A stretch of DNA of 64,000 nt from Alphaproteobacteria bacterium. Lineage in GTDB: Bacteria; Pseudomonadota; Alphaproteobacteria; Micavibrionales; Micavibrionaceae. Made by a program: the position numbers and the translations under genes. The notes under the pieces are model-generated. The model saw nothing but the letters and a program-made list of their open reading frames with translations, was not told the DNA's origin and searched no databases. Below, one piece after another: positions 31,557 through 45,452 of this stretch (the first letter of the stretch is position 1; each line of letters starts with the position of its first letter). The DNA lies in assembly GCA_021208265.1 (NCBI GenBank), contig JAJOJU010000004.1, positions 34,688 to 98,687 of the forward strand, read 5' to 3'.

Positions 31557-32999
31557 GCTGTGGCTCCTTGTAATTGTGTACGTTGTTCTTTGGCGCTGAC
31601 GTCACCGCGTATGGTCCGCCAGAAATTGTAAACCATGATGAGGGCGCCCGTGAGGTAGAGTATCCCGCCCATGGCGCGGATCGCGTAGAACGGCTTCATC
31701 GCCATCACGGTTTCCACGAAGGAATATGACAGGAAGCCCATATCATCATATGTGCGCCACATCAGACCCTGCATCACACCGGCAATCCACATGGCGGCGA
31801 TGTAAAACACGATCCCGATCGTGGCGATCCAAAGATGCAGGCTCACCAGCTTTGTGGAATAAAGACGATCCCGCCCCCAAAGACGCGGCACCATGTAATA
31901 AAGTGCGCCGAAGGAAATAAACCCGACCCAGCCCAGCGCCCCGGAATGGACGTGACCGATGGTCCAGTCAGTATAATGCGACAGTGAGTTGACAGCGCGG
32001 ATCGACATCAGCGGTCCTTCAAATGTGCTCATCCCGTAAAAGGCCAGCGCGATAATCATGAACTGGATGATCGGATCCTCGCGCAGCTTGTGCCACGCAC
32101 CGGAAAGCGTCATGACGCCGTTGATCATCCCGCCCCAGCTCGGCATCCAGAGCATGATGGAGAACGTCATCCCCAAAGTCTGCGCCCAGTCGGGCAGCGC
32201 CGTATAATGCAAATGGTGCGGCCCCGCCCAGATATAAATGAAGATCAGCGACCAGAAATGGACGATCGAAAGGCGGTAGGAATAAACCGGACGCTCCGCC
32301 TGTTTCGGGATAAAATAATACATCATGCCCAGGAAACCGGCGGTCAGGAAGAAGCCCACGGCGTTATGCCCGTACCACCACTGGATCATGGCGCTTTGCA
32401 CACCTGCCCACGCCGAATAGCTTTTGGTCCCCATAAATTCAACGGGGATCGAGACATTATTCCCCAGATGCAAAACAGCCACAGTAATGATAAAGGCCAG
32501 ATAGAACCAGTTGGCGACATATAAATGCGGCTCCTTACGCTTGATGCAGGTCATCAGATAAACCAGTAGATAAGACACCCAGACGATCGTCAGCCAGATA
32601 TCCGCATACCATTCCGGCTCGGCATATTCCTTGGATTGCGTGACCCCGGTAACGTACCCCAAGGCCGCCATCACGATAAAAGCCTGATACCCCCAGAAGG
32701 TAAACATCGCCAGCTTGTCGCCCCAGAGCCGCACGCCGCAGGTCCTCTGCACCACATAATAGCTAGTGGCAAAAAAGTGCGTTCCCGCCAAAGGCAAAAA
32801 TCACCGCCGATGTGTGAAGCGGCCGCAGGCGGCCAAAGTTTAAGTAAGGTTCGATATTCAAATCCGGGAACACCATCTGCAGGGCGATGAAAATCCCGGC
32901 AGCGAATCCGACAATTGCCCAGAAAATGGTCGCCAGCGTGAAAAGCCGTACCACCTCGTAATTATAATCGGAAACCAGTTTTACATCAGAAGAGGCCAT
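31553..32999 (-). pseudogene. ccoN: cbb3-type cytochrome c oxidase subunit I CcoN/FixN, one frame break
   Basis: ORFs 32763-32999 and 31553-32797 join as ...[27 protein letters not shown] when the A6 run 32771-32776 is read as A5. Multi-TM heme-copper oxidase with conserved His ([29 protein letters not shown]). Confidence 0.92.
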
Positions 33000-33012
33000 T
33001 ATTTTTTCCTTC

Positions 33013-33723
33013 TTAAAAAATCATCAAACCTGCGGTCAGAAATAACCAGAAACTACTAAGAACCAGCGCCCCACGCTTCAGATAACCCCCGGCGTGAGGA
33101 AATTTGTGACGCAACGCACCACCTGCCCATGCCACAGCCACTAATGCGGGGATAGTCCCCAGTGTGAATGCCGCCATAGCCGCCCCCGCATAAATAGGTG
33201 ATGGCGCGCTAGCCGAAGCCATAAGCGCCGCCAATACAAGACCACAAGGCATAAACCCCAGCAAGACCCCCATACCATAGCGTTTCATGCTGTTTGGGTT
33301 ATTGCCGAGGCGCCCCAAGGCTTTAGATATAAACCTGTATGGCAGGCTAAGCCGTATGCCAGCCGTCCAGGGAAAGATCATACCAAACCTTGGAAAAGCC
33401 GTCACCAGGAACATAACCCCCGCTAACATAAGCAACGGCACACTGATCAAGATTTTTAAATCTGAAAACAAAAACGCCAGATTAATAAGGCTGCTCACCA
33501 GAATTGCCAACGCCACATAGGTCGTCATACGCCCCAAATGATAAGGCAGGAGAAGTGAAGAGGAGAGCCGGTTTAACTGCGGATTATCGCTGGTTTGTGC
33601 CAAGACGAAGGGGGCGCACATCCCCGCACAATGCGTAAAGCCGCCCACCAGCCCCGCCAGAAACAGGCTGAGCGGCAAACCATAAGACGTGCTGACGTCA
33701 TGTAGACATTGTGCAATTAACAT
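33013..33723 (-). CDS. DsbD_2 / TauE-SafE-like membrane protein with an HCxxMC motif, linked to the cbb3 cluster
   Basis: 236 aa, several hydrophobic (TM) segments, [13 protein letters not shown] in the first TM. Its stop is 13 nt upstream of the ccoN start on the same strand. Confidence 0.6.
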   Translation of the reverse strand: MLIAQCLHDVSTSYGLPLSLFLAGLVGGFTHCAGMCAPFVLAQTSDNPQLNRLSSSLLLPYHLGRMTTYVALAILVSSLINLAFLFSDLKILISVPLLMLAGVMFLVTAFPRFGMIFPWTAGIRLSLPYRFISKALGRLGNNPNSMKRYGMGVLLGFMPCGLVLAALMASASAPSPIYAGAAMAAFTLGTIPALVAVAWAGGALRHKFPHAGGYLKRGALVLSSFWLFLTAGLMIF

Positions 33724-33780
33724 AGAGGCCCATGTGTTTATTATTCTCTCCCATTTTGCGCAATGCAGCAGCTTTGTGCA

Positions 33781-33794
33781 TTGACCGATGTCAA
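33781..33794. promoter_or_regulatory. FNR/FixK-type box TTGAC-CGAT-GTCAA
   Basis: A perfect TTGA-N6-TCAA dyad. Its centre is about 64 nt upstream of the start at 33723 (DsbD_2-like gene plus ccoNOQP) and about 66 nt upstream of the divergent ORF at 33854. Confidence 0.55.
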
Positions 33795-33853
33795 TTTATC
33801 CATGGCACAAAACCATTTGATCATTACGTAAACCATGTGCTAATGCTTGGCAC

Positions 33854-34998
33854 ATGATCATAAATACGGAAATAAAAACCTTAATTGCCACCATCGAAAA
33901 AGGCGGCCCGGATAACGACTCTCATGTAAAACAGCTAATTCAGGCGTTGAGCCAGTCGTTCGCGGATAATCAGGACCGCTACAAAAACTACCCCGCCAGC
34001 GCAGCCATTCCCGAAGCTTACCCGGTGGACGAAGATGGATATGCCGTAACCTTTGACCCCGTGGAAGATGAAGCCGGATTCTGGGATGCCTGGTCACGAT
34101 ACGGCATTGTTGTCGGCAAGAACATAGCGCCCCCGGAACTATGCGCGCAGACCGTAGCCCGCATTCATGAAATTTTTAACGACCTTAGCGGTAACAAATG
34201 CAATATTCTGGACCCCGCCACCTATGACGCCATGCCGGTGGATAAAGAAGGTACACCTATATTATCCCGCGGGTTTCTGGAGATATACCACGATGATGCT
34301 TTGGCGCAATTACGCCAGAACATCCGCAGCTATATTCACCATGCTTTAATCTGGGGCAGTCCCAAAATATGGACATCCTTGACCGGCTGGGTGTAAAATT
34401 ACCAAGCCATGAAGGCGGCAAGGCATTGCCACTGCATGTTGATCAGAACCCCACGATTGACCCGGATTTCAAAACATTGCAAGGCGTGCTGGCTTTGGTT
34501 GATTGCCCGGCAGAACGCGGTACATTCCGCGGTGTTCCCGGATCAAGGAATGTGTTCCAGCAATATGCCCAAATGCCGGGCGGCATTGGTGAATTTGTAG
34601 AGCTGGACCCTCAGCACCCCATCGCAGAAGAGCTGACCAATAAAGCACAAGCCTTCCCCTTACGCGCCGGTGATATGGTCTCATGGGATAGCCGCACAAC
34701 TCACGCCAATACGGAGAATATCTCTCAAGACCCGCGCATGGTATTCTATGTCGCCGCCGGATTGGCACAGGAAAATAATGCAGCCGCCGTTGCCGCCCGC
34801 AAGGATGCCTTCACAACAGGGCTGGCAACAAGCAAACTGAAGGTTCCGCAAGCCTTGCTGCGCGCTACGATCAAACCACGCTTTATTGATGCTGAGGCGG
34901 TATCGCGTATCCGCAAGCCTGAAAACCTGACCCTGCTGGGAAAACTGCTTTATGGCACCGAACGATATGACGACATCATCCCCCCGTCTGCTTCTTAA
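33854..34998 (+). pseudogene. Phytanoyl-CoA dioxygenase (PhyH)-family Fe(II)/2-oxoglutarate oxygenase, one frame break
   Basis: ORFs 33854-34396 and 34369-34998 join near 34375-34390. LPLHVDQ (HxD) and WDSRTTHANT (distal His) fit the 2-His-1-carboxylate facial triad. Confidence 0.65.
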
Positions 34999-36103
34999 TG
35001 CGGAACCTTTTGGGTTTGGCCCGGCAGCTGCCATTGCCGGCTTCTTTCCGCATCTGCGCCCGCACTTTGATGCGATCGGCTATGTCGGCAAACGCCACAC
35101 TCTCGATCTGCAACGCAGCCTTACTTACGATGCCATCCATGACGTGTCTGAAATGGGTAAGGAAGAACGCGCGGAAGTGCTGGCGCCTATTTTTGCGCAG
35201 TATGATGTTTTCCTTTCTGCGATGGATCACAAGATGGTCGAATTGGCAAAGAAGGCCGGATTAAAAGTTTTCTATTACGACGCACTGACATGGTACTGGC
35301 CCGAAATTCCAGCAAGCGTGCGAACGGCAGATCTTTATATGGGTCAGAATTTTTTCGGCGTAGAAGAACGCCTGCATGAAATTTTCAGAGAAAAATCTCA
35401 TGCTCACGCAGTCTCCCCGATTGTATCGAAAGTAAAACCAACACAAAATAAACAACATATTCTTATTAATCTCGGTGGTCTGCAAAACCCTTTCTGGCCG
35501 GTTGAGGAAATCACCGCCTTTGCCTCAAAAATCATTGATGCCATTAAAAGCGCGCCGCCTCAGGAAGAAAAAATTATTATCGCCAGTTCCTGCGCCATAT
35601 CTGAATGCTTAAAAGACCGCGGCGTAAAAACTTACTCCCGCGCTGAAATGGAAACACTTTTGGCAGAATCAAAACTGGCCTTCATGACGCCGGGGCTCGG
35701 CAATATATATGATGCTGCGGCTTATAATATACCCACGATATGGCTGCCGCCTGCCAATGACAGCCAGGGGCAACAGCTTAAATTGCTGCAGCAAAATGTC
35801 ATGTGCGATCAGGCATTGGATTGGCACGATTTCATGAATGGTGATTCGGTGAATTATAAAGCCGTACAAACAGATGTCCTTAAAACCATCGCCGCATTAG
35901 CTAAAACACTTGTCACAGATGATGATATTCAAAATCGTCTGGGCAAGGTAATCACACAAAAATACGAAACGTTAAAAGATAGGCATGACAGCCAAACACA
36001 GGCCTTAATAAAACGCTTTGGCACAGGCGGAGAAAAACAGGTGGCTGATTTGGTTACACAGTATTCCCGTATCACACCACTGGAAGATGGACCCGCAGGA
36101 TGA
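34967..36103 (+). CDS. Hypothetical protein, GT-B (GT1/GT28-like) glycosyltransferase-like
   Basis: Start set at MTTSSPRLLLNAEPFGFGPAAAIA. The pattern is two Rossmann-like halves (ILINLGGLQNPFW...; FMTPGLGNIYDAAAYNIPTIWLPPANDSQGQQ). The assignment is by pattern only. Confidence 0.4.
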   Translation: MTTSSPRLLLNAEPFGFGPAAAIAGFFPHLRPHFDAIGYVGKRHTLDLQRSLTYDAIHDVSEMGKEERAEVLAPIFAQYDVFLSAMDHKMVELAKKAGLKVFYYDALTWYWPEIPASVRTADLYMGQNFFGVEERLHEIFREKSHAHAVSPIVSKVKPTQNKQHILINLGGLQNPFWPVEEITAFASKIIDAIKSAPPQEEKIIIASSCAISECLKDRGVKTYSRAEMETLLAESKLAFMTPGLGNIYDAAAYNIPTIWLPPANDSQGQQLKLLQQNVMCDQALDWHDFMNGDSVNYKAVQTDVLKTIAALAKTLVTDDDIQNRLGKVITQKYETLKDRHDSQTQALIKRFGTGGEKQVADLVTQYSRITPLEDGPAG

Positions 36104-36972
36104 ACGAATATCATTTCCGCACAGCTGGTAATTTATGCGTCTGTTTTCGAACAGCCCATGACCTGTCTCATGATAAAAATGCCTTGCTGCAATTCGGAGC
36201 TTATATTCCAGGGTTTGAAATGATGGATCAAACATCTGTTCCGCCTGATATAGTTCTGGAGCATATTAAAGGGCCGAAAAATAAATTAGAAAGCAGCGGC
36301 AATAAACTTGCTCTCTTATCAAGTGACACTAATGGTATTCCGGCGGATGTTTATCATCTGCTTTATGCTGCCGTGCGAAAGGTGCTGCTATCGCAAAGAA
36401 ATATTTGCATCGTTCACAGCGCTTGCGTGGGAATAAAAGATCAGTTCCGTCTTGTCGTTGGGCATTCGGGGTCCGGAAAAACAACGCTGGCACAGCGGCT
36501 GATTGACCGTCATGGCATGACACTATTTTCCGGTAATAAAACTGCCCTGCGTTTTGAGTCTGATGGCACGATAACAGCCGTGGCAGGAACACGCACCATG
36601 ACGGCGCTGGATGATAATATGAACCGTTATACCTATGAACTAAAGCCAGAAGACTACGCAGAAAATTGTGAAGTAAAAATCACGAGCATTGATATCATCC
36701 GAGTCAATGACGGGGTGGAGGAATGCCAATCCTTATCCCCTTTAAGCGCCCTGCATACGCTCTACCCCTATTTTATGGATCAGGTAAATGCCGATGTGAT
36801 TGTATGCGGCAGCCATATTTTTGATGGCAATGTAGCGGTTGCTGCTAAACAAAAAATTGTAGATGGCCTCGGTGCTTCCTTACGCCAAACACCCGTTCGA
36901 AAAATATCCGGTACCATGGATTATATGGAGTCCTCGATTGGTAACTCACAAAAGCTCTTACCGGAAACATGA
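36100..36972 (+). CDS. HPr-kinase-C-like (HprK-related) P-loop protein
   Basis: IVHSACVGIKDQFRLVVGHSGSGKTTLAQRLIDRHGMTLFSGN matches the HprK C-terminal-domain style Walker A context. ATGA overlaps with both neighbouring genes. Confidence 0.5.
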   Translation: MNEYHFRTAGNLCVCFRTAHDLSHDKNALLQFGAYIPGFEMMDQTSVPPDIVLEHIKGPKNKLESSGNKLALLSSDTNGIPADVYHLLYAAVRKVLLSQRNICIVHSACVGIKDQFRLVVGHSGSGKTTLAQRLIDRHGMTLFSGNKTALRFESDGTITAVAGTRTMTALDDNMNRYTYELKPEDYAENCEVKITSIDIIRVNDGVEECQSLSPLSALHTLYPYFMDQVNADVIVCGSHIFDGNVAVAAKQKIVDGLGASLRQTPVRKISGTMDYMESSIGNSQKLLPET

Positions 36973-38092
36973 AACAAAAAACAAAAATATTATGGGGTGT
37001 TTGCGGAATTGGTCACGGTCACACATTCCGGCAAAAACCCTTGATCGAACATTTTTCAAAAGAAGCGGAAATAGTGATACTGGCTTATGGGGAGAGCTAT
37101 GACGTTTTCAACAAAATATTTCGATAAGCATAAAAATGTCAGCATTGAACGTGTCGCCGTACCCTTTTATGTCGGCAACCAATATGGGCTTGATTTTGAA
37201 GCCACAGCGATACACCCGGCAAATCAAAATATAAATTTCCGAAAGATAAATGCCGCAGCGTTAGATGCCGCCATCCAACGTCTGGGAAAACCTGATCTGG
37301 TGATCAGTGACTATGAACCCATAAGCGCGCAATATGCTTATCTTCATGATGCGCCCTTGGTCACCATAGATCAGCAAAGCAAATACCTGACCGGGCATTT
37401 TCCTCAGCCTTTGAATGGTCAATGGTTCAACGATGAAATTGAGCGTCTGCGTATGTTTTTTCCGAAGGCTGAAAAACGTCTGGCAAGCACGTTTTTTTAA
37501 AGTGGTGCAAAAAACCGATACATCAGAAAATGTCGATTTATGCCCTCCGGTTTTGAGTGATGAAATTATCTCACTGCAACGAAAATCAGCGCAGGGAAAT
37601 AAATCTATCGTTGTTTATATCTCTTCCCAGCAACCTTTTGGACAGAGCGTGGACGCGATTATAGAGGCCTGCCGGACGCAGCCGGATTATCAGTTCCACA
37701 TATTCGGCAAAGGGCTGAACATAGAAACACCGCCTGAGAACATTTTGAATATTCATTTTTATGATCAGGGTGATCCGGCTTTCCATGAACAACTCTCCGT
37801 TTGTGACGGCATCGTTTCCACAGCCGGTCATACGCTGCTGTCTGAAGCCATGTATCTGGGCATCCCTGTATACGCCATTCCCCTGCCCGTCTATGAACAA
37901 CAAATGAACGCACATATTATTCATGAAAACGGATTTGGAGTATCTCATCTTCACTTTGATAAAGATATTCTGGCATCGTTTATTAAAAACGTCCCGCGAT
38001 ACGCTGCCAATATTAAGGCGGATAAAAACGTTCTTTTGCGCACAGATGGCAGAGATCATATTATCGAACAGCTTAATGCCCAGCTTTCATGA
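36969..38092 (+). pseudogene. Glycosyltransferase, MJ1255/TIGR00661-like (GT28 C-terminal type), two frame breaks
   Basis: N-terminus MKQKTKILWGVCGIGHGHTFRQKPLIEHF from ATG 36969. It joins ORF 37087-37500 near 37105-37116, and ORF 37415-38092 at the T7 run 37492-37498. The C-terminus is STAGHTLLSEAMYLGIPVYAIPLPVYEQQMNA. Confidence 0.6.
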
Positions 38093-38146
38093 TATACCCC
38101 TAAGAAGGATTGATAGAAGGGGCATAATGATGCTACATTCATAGTC

Positions 38147-38473
38147 ATGAAGGCTGTATTCCTTTTCATATGTGTTGTTGCTATTTTCACCGCTGGAGTT
38201 ACATCCGGCGCGGGGGCAGTTCAAGCATCCTGTGCGCATCACATCACCGCTGCAGCGGATGACGGGGTAGATACCACAGCGGTTCCTGCACATAATCACA
38301 GCAAGACAAATGGCATTTGTAAAGATTGTTGCTGCCATCATAATCACGTAATGGCAAAACATTGGCTGGAAGTTAGCTATGCCCTGGCTACCGGCAAAAC
38401 CTTTTTGTTTGAGCTGCCTCAAGCCAAACATTCTCAATATTCTCCCTCCCTTTATAAGCCTCCCATAGCTTGA
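38147..38473 (+). CDS. Small secreted His/Cys-rich protein, CzcI-like
   Basis: Signal peptide, then CAHH, HNH and ICKDCCCHHNH. It sits directly upstream of the RND adaptor and pump genes. The family assignment is from memory of small CzcI-type proteins. Confidence 0.4.
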   Translation: MKAVFLFICVVAIFTAGVTSGAGAVQASCAHHITAAADDGVDTTAVPAHNHSKTNGICKDCCCHHNHVMAKHWLEVSYALATGKTFLFELPQAKHSQYSPSLYKPPIA

Positions 38474-38478
38474 TTTTA

Positions 38479-38502
38479 CAGGCGTAGTGCGCCTGCATTT
38501 TG
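38479..38502 (+). terminator. Possible intrinsic terminator or attenuator between the czcI-like gene and cusB
   Basis: A 6-bp GC-rich stem, CAGGCG (38479-38484) / CGCCTG (38490-38495), with a 5-nt loop, followed by CATTTTG. Confidence 0.3.
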
Positions 38503-38558
38503 ACGCATGCCAGATGTGTGGCATGTGATTATTTACATGTAAAATCAAAGGAATAGCT

Positions 38559-42625
<4,067 letters not shown>

Positions 42626-42723
42626 GGACGGTATCCGTTACTACAGAAAACTCTTCATCCTGACTTTCAATTCTGATAGCGTGAGCCGCAATCATAAGAA
42701 GAGACAGGATGAGGAGTAACTTT

Positions 42724-43830
42724 ATGGCCCAGAATCTAATTCAAACCATCAAACCCGGCGTTGTTACAGGTGCCGATTATGAACGGCTTGTTGAAGCCTG
42801 TAAGCAAGGCGGCTTTGCCTTGCCAGCGGTTAATGTCATCAGCTCGGAAACAGCCAGCGCTGCGATGGAAGCCGCTGCCCGCGCCGGATCTCCCATCATT
42901 ATTCAAGTCTCTCACGGTGGCGCCCGCTTTTATGCCGGGCAGGGCTTGAAGGATGATCTGCAGGCCAAGATAAAAGGGGCTGTTGCCTTGGCGCAGCATG
43001 TTCATCTTCTGGCGAAAGATTACGGCATTCCCGTTGTGCTGCATACCGATCATGCCAGCAAAGAACTTTTACCCTGGATCGAAGGGTTGATGGAATATAA
43101 CGAGCAGGCTTTTGCCCAAACAGGATCGCCACTTTTTACTTCCCATATGCTGGATCTCTCCGAAGAAACACTAGAAGATAATATCGCCATATCGTCCCGC
43201 ATGCTGGAGCGGATGAGTAAAATCGGCATGAGCCTTGAAATCGAACTAGGCGTTACAGGCGGGGAAGAAGATGGTGTCGATAACAGCCATGTTGATACCA
43301 GCCGTTTATATACCCAGCCTTCCGAAGTTCTGAAAGCTTACGAAGCCTTAAGCCCCCTTGGACATTTCACCGTAGCCGCAGCCTTTGGCAATGTGCACGG
43401 CGTATACAGCCCCGGTAATGTGGTGCTAAAGCCTTCCATCCTGAAAGACTCGCAAGACATGATTCAATGCACATATCGCGGCGAGAGAAACCCTTTGAAC
43501 TTCGTATTTCATGGCGGCTCAGGATCAGAACCTGCAAAAATTGCCGAAGCTATCACATACGGCGTATTCAAAATGAATATTGATACCGACCTGCAATTCG
43601 CTTTTTCTGAAGTGGTAGGGGAGTATGTGAAAAAGAACTCCCGCGCTTTCCAGTATCAGGTTGATCCTTTTGAGAAAGATTCAAAAGGCAAAGAGATTGT
43701 TTATAAAAATAAATACGACCCTCGCAAATGGCTGCGCGAAGGACAAAAAGGGTTTATGGACCGGCTTGATCAAGCCTTTACGGATCTCGGCTCCAAAGGC
43801 TGTTATGCCGCCCCTGCCGCAGACATGTAA
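42724..43830 (+). CDS. fbaA: Class II fructose-bisphosphate aldolase
   Basis: Start MAQNLIQTIKPGVVTG with a GAGGAG RBS. Motifs LPAVNV, IIQVSHGGA, VVLHTDHA, FHGGSGS. Confidence 0.9.
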   Translation: MAQNLIQTIKPGVVTGADYERLVEACKQGGFALPAVNVISSETASAAMEAAARAGSPIIIQVSHGGARFYAGQGLKDDLQAKIKGAVALAQHVHLLAKDYGIPVVLHTDHASKELLPWIEGLMEYNEQAFAQTGSPLFTSHMLDLSEETLEDNIAISSRMLERMSKIGMSLEIELGVTGGEEDGVDNSHVDTSRLYTQPSEVLKAYEALSPLGHFTVAAAFGNVHGVYSPGNVVLKPSILKDSQDMIQCTYRGERNPLNFVFHGGSGSEPAKIAEAITYGVFKMNIDTDLQFAFSEVVGEYVKKNSRAFQYQVDPFEKDSKGKEIVYKNKYDPRKWLREGQKGFMDRLDQAFTDLGSKGCYAAPAADM

Positions 43831-45279
43831 TTAGGGAACCGGGTTAAGCTCCGGCTCTAAAATATCAGGCTGCTGCCCTTCCAGATGCGGGCTTTGAAAA
43901 CCCAGATTATGGAGCGCCCGATGAATATCGGGTGACTTCATAAATAAATCCCACAAAAGGCCGGAGCGGTGATTTTCAATCATAACCACGATTGGTCCCT
44001 GATCAATCGCCAGATGCCCACTGGCTTGCCAGTCTTCCGTCTCGTTAAAAGCATCAACAAAGCCGTAGGCGCTCCAGATTTTATCACCATGATCTTCATA
44101 AAAATGCCGCAAAGCGCGCATCGATTCTTCGGGCGTATAGGGGAAGGATGAAAGCGCCGCCGTAGGGGTAATCACACCTAAATCATGTGTAGGGGCATGG
44201 GCGCTGTAACCCCGGTGATTATCACTTGCCGTAAACCCCCAGCACTGCGGGCCATAGCCTTCATAGTCATGAGGGTTGGTAAGCGCATGAGCATAATTGA
44301 TAAGTGTATGATTACGGTTTTGCTGCCAGTAATCGGCATAACGATCGTTCAGCCCCCTCGGGTCCAGCCCCAGAAATGAATAATGCGCGAGGAAAAGCGC
44401 CCCGCCTTTTTCCATGCCGAGCGGCAAGGTAATGCCGTCATAAGAACGGCCATTCCGCATATCACCGTTTCTGGCCCAACCCTGATGATACACTTCCGCC
44501 GAAATGGGATGAGTCGGTGATGCTGCCGCCAATACATAGGTAATAAGGGCTTCATTCCAGCCGCTAACCGGCATGCTCATCTGCCAGTCATGGTTAGGGC
44601 TCCAATGCCAGTAGAGACGGTTTTCACCTTTCGTATACCAATCCCATTCAACAGCCTCCCACAGCTTTGTAATTTTTTGCTGCAACTCCGCTTCTAGAGG
44701 AGAATGATCAGAAAGATACTCCCGCGCCGCTAATAACCCTGCCATCAGGAATGATGTTTCAACAAGATCACCACCATCATCATGGCGGGAGAACGGCATT
44801 ATCCGGCCTGTGCGTCCATCCATCCAGTGCGGAAAAGCCCCATGGAATGTATCGGCCTGTTCTAAAAAATTTACAATGCGGCCAAGGCGTTCCCGAAATT
44901 CCACGCGGGTTATCCAGCCGCGTTCCGCCCCGGCGATCATCGCCATAATACCAAAACCTGTGCCGCCCACAGTCACAACATGCTGCCCGCCCTCATAGGA
45001 ATGATTGCTGCGTTCCCGCGCCATACCGCTTACGGGATGAGCATAATCAGTAAAGTAACGAAGGGTCTGACGCTGCACAAGATCCAGAAGCTGTTCATCA
45101 CTCAAGCCTCTTATAATCTGTGCAGAATTTTCTGACATAGCAAACTGGTTGATAACAGGCGCAGCGGTTACATCAGAATGCATAATAGAAGCAGCAGAAA
45201 AAATGCTGCATAAGCCTAAAATTATGCCCATTTTTGCAGAATTTTTTGCAAGCCTCGCCCGCGTGTAAGCCCCGCCCAT
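43831..45279 (-). CDS. Secreted GH144-like protein (PF10091 'glucoamylase-like', endo-beta-1,2-glucanase family)
   Basis: Start set at MGGAYTRARLAKNSAKMGIILGLCSIFSAASIM, with a GGAGGA RBS ending 7 nt upstream and a signal peptide. LLDLVQRQTLRYFTDYAHPVSGMARERSN, GGTGFGIMAMIAGAERGW and HGAFPHWMDGRTG are, as I recall, typical of this family. Confidence 0.65.
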   Translation of the reverse strand: MGGAYTRARLAKNSAKMGIILGLCSIFSAASIMHSDVTAAPVINQFAMSENSAQIIRGLSDEQLLDLVQRQTLRYFTDYAHPVSGMARERSNHSYEGGQHVVTVGGTGFGIMAMIAGAERGWITRVEFRERLGRIVNFLEQADTFHGAFPHWMDGRTGRIMPFSRHDDGGDLVETSFLMAGLLAAREYLSDHSPLEAELQQKITKLWEAVEWDWYTKGENRLYWHWSPNHDWQMSMPVSGWNEALITYVLAAASPTHPISAEVYHQGWARNGDMRNGRSYDGITLPLGMEKGGALFLAHYSFLGLDPRGLNDRYADYWQQNRNHTLINYAHALTNPHDYEGYGPQCWGFTASDNHRGYSAHAPTHDLGVITPTAALSSFPYTPEESMRALRHFYEDHGDKIWSAYGFVDAFNETEDWQASGHLAIDQGPIVVMIENHRSGLLWDLFMKSPDIHRALHNLGFQSPHLEGQQPDILEPELNPVP

Positions 45280-45452
45280 ATTGTATCCTCCCCTTATATT
45301 TATAATTGAAGCCAGTATGGAAAAAATGCTGCGGTGCTGCAAGACAAAAGGTTGTATTTTTGATCTGCCTGTTATTAACTGAAACACAACAGGGACGCTA
45401 TCAGGCTGACAGATCGTGTACATAAATCCAGATATAAAAATCATAAGGACCG

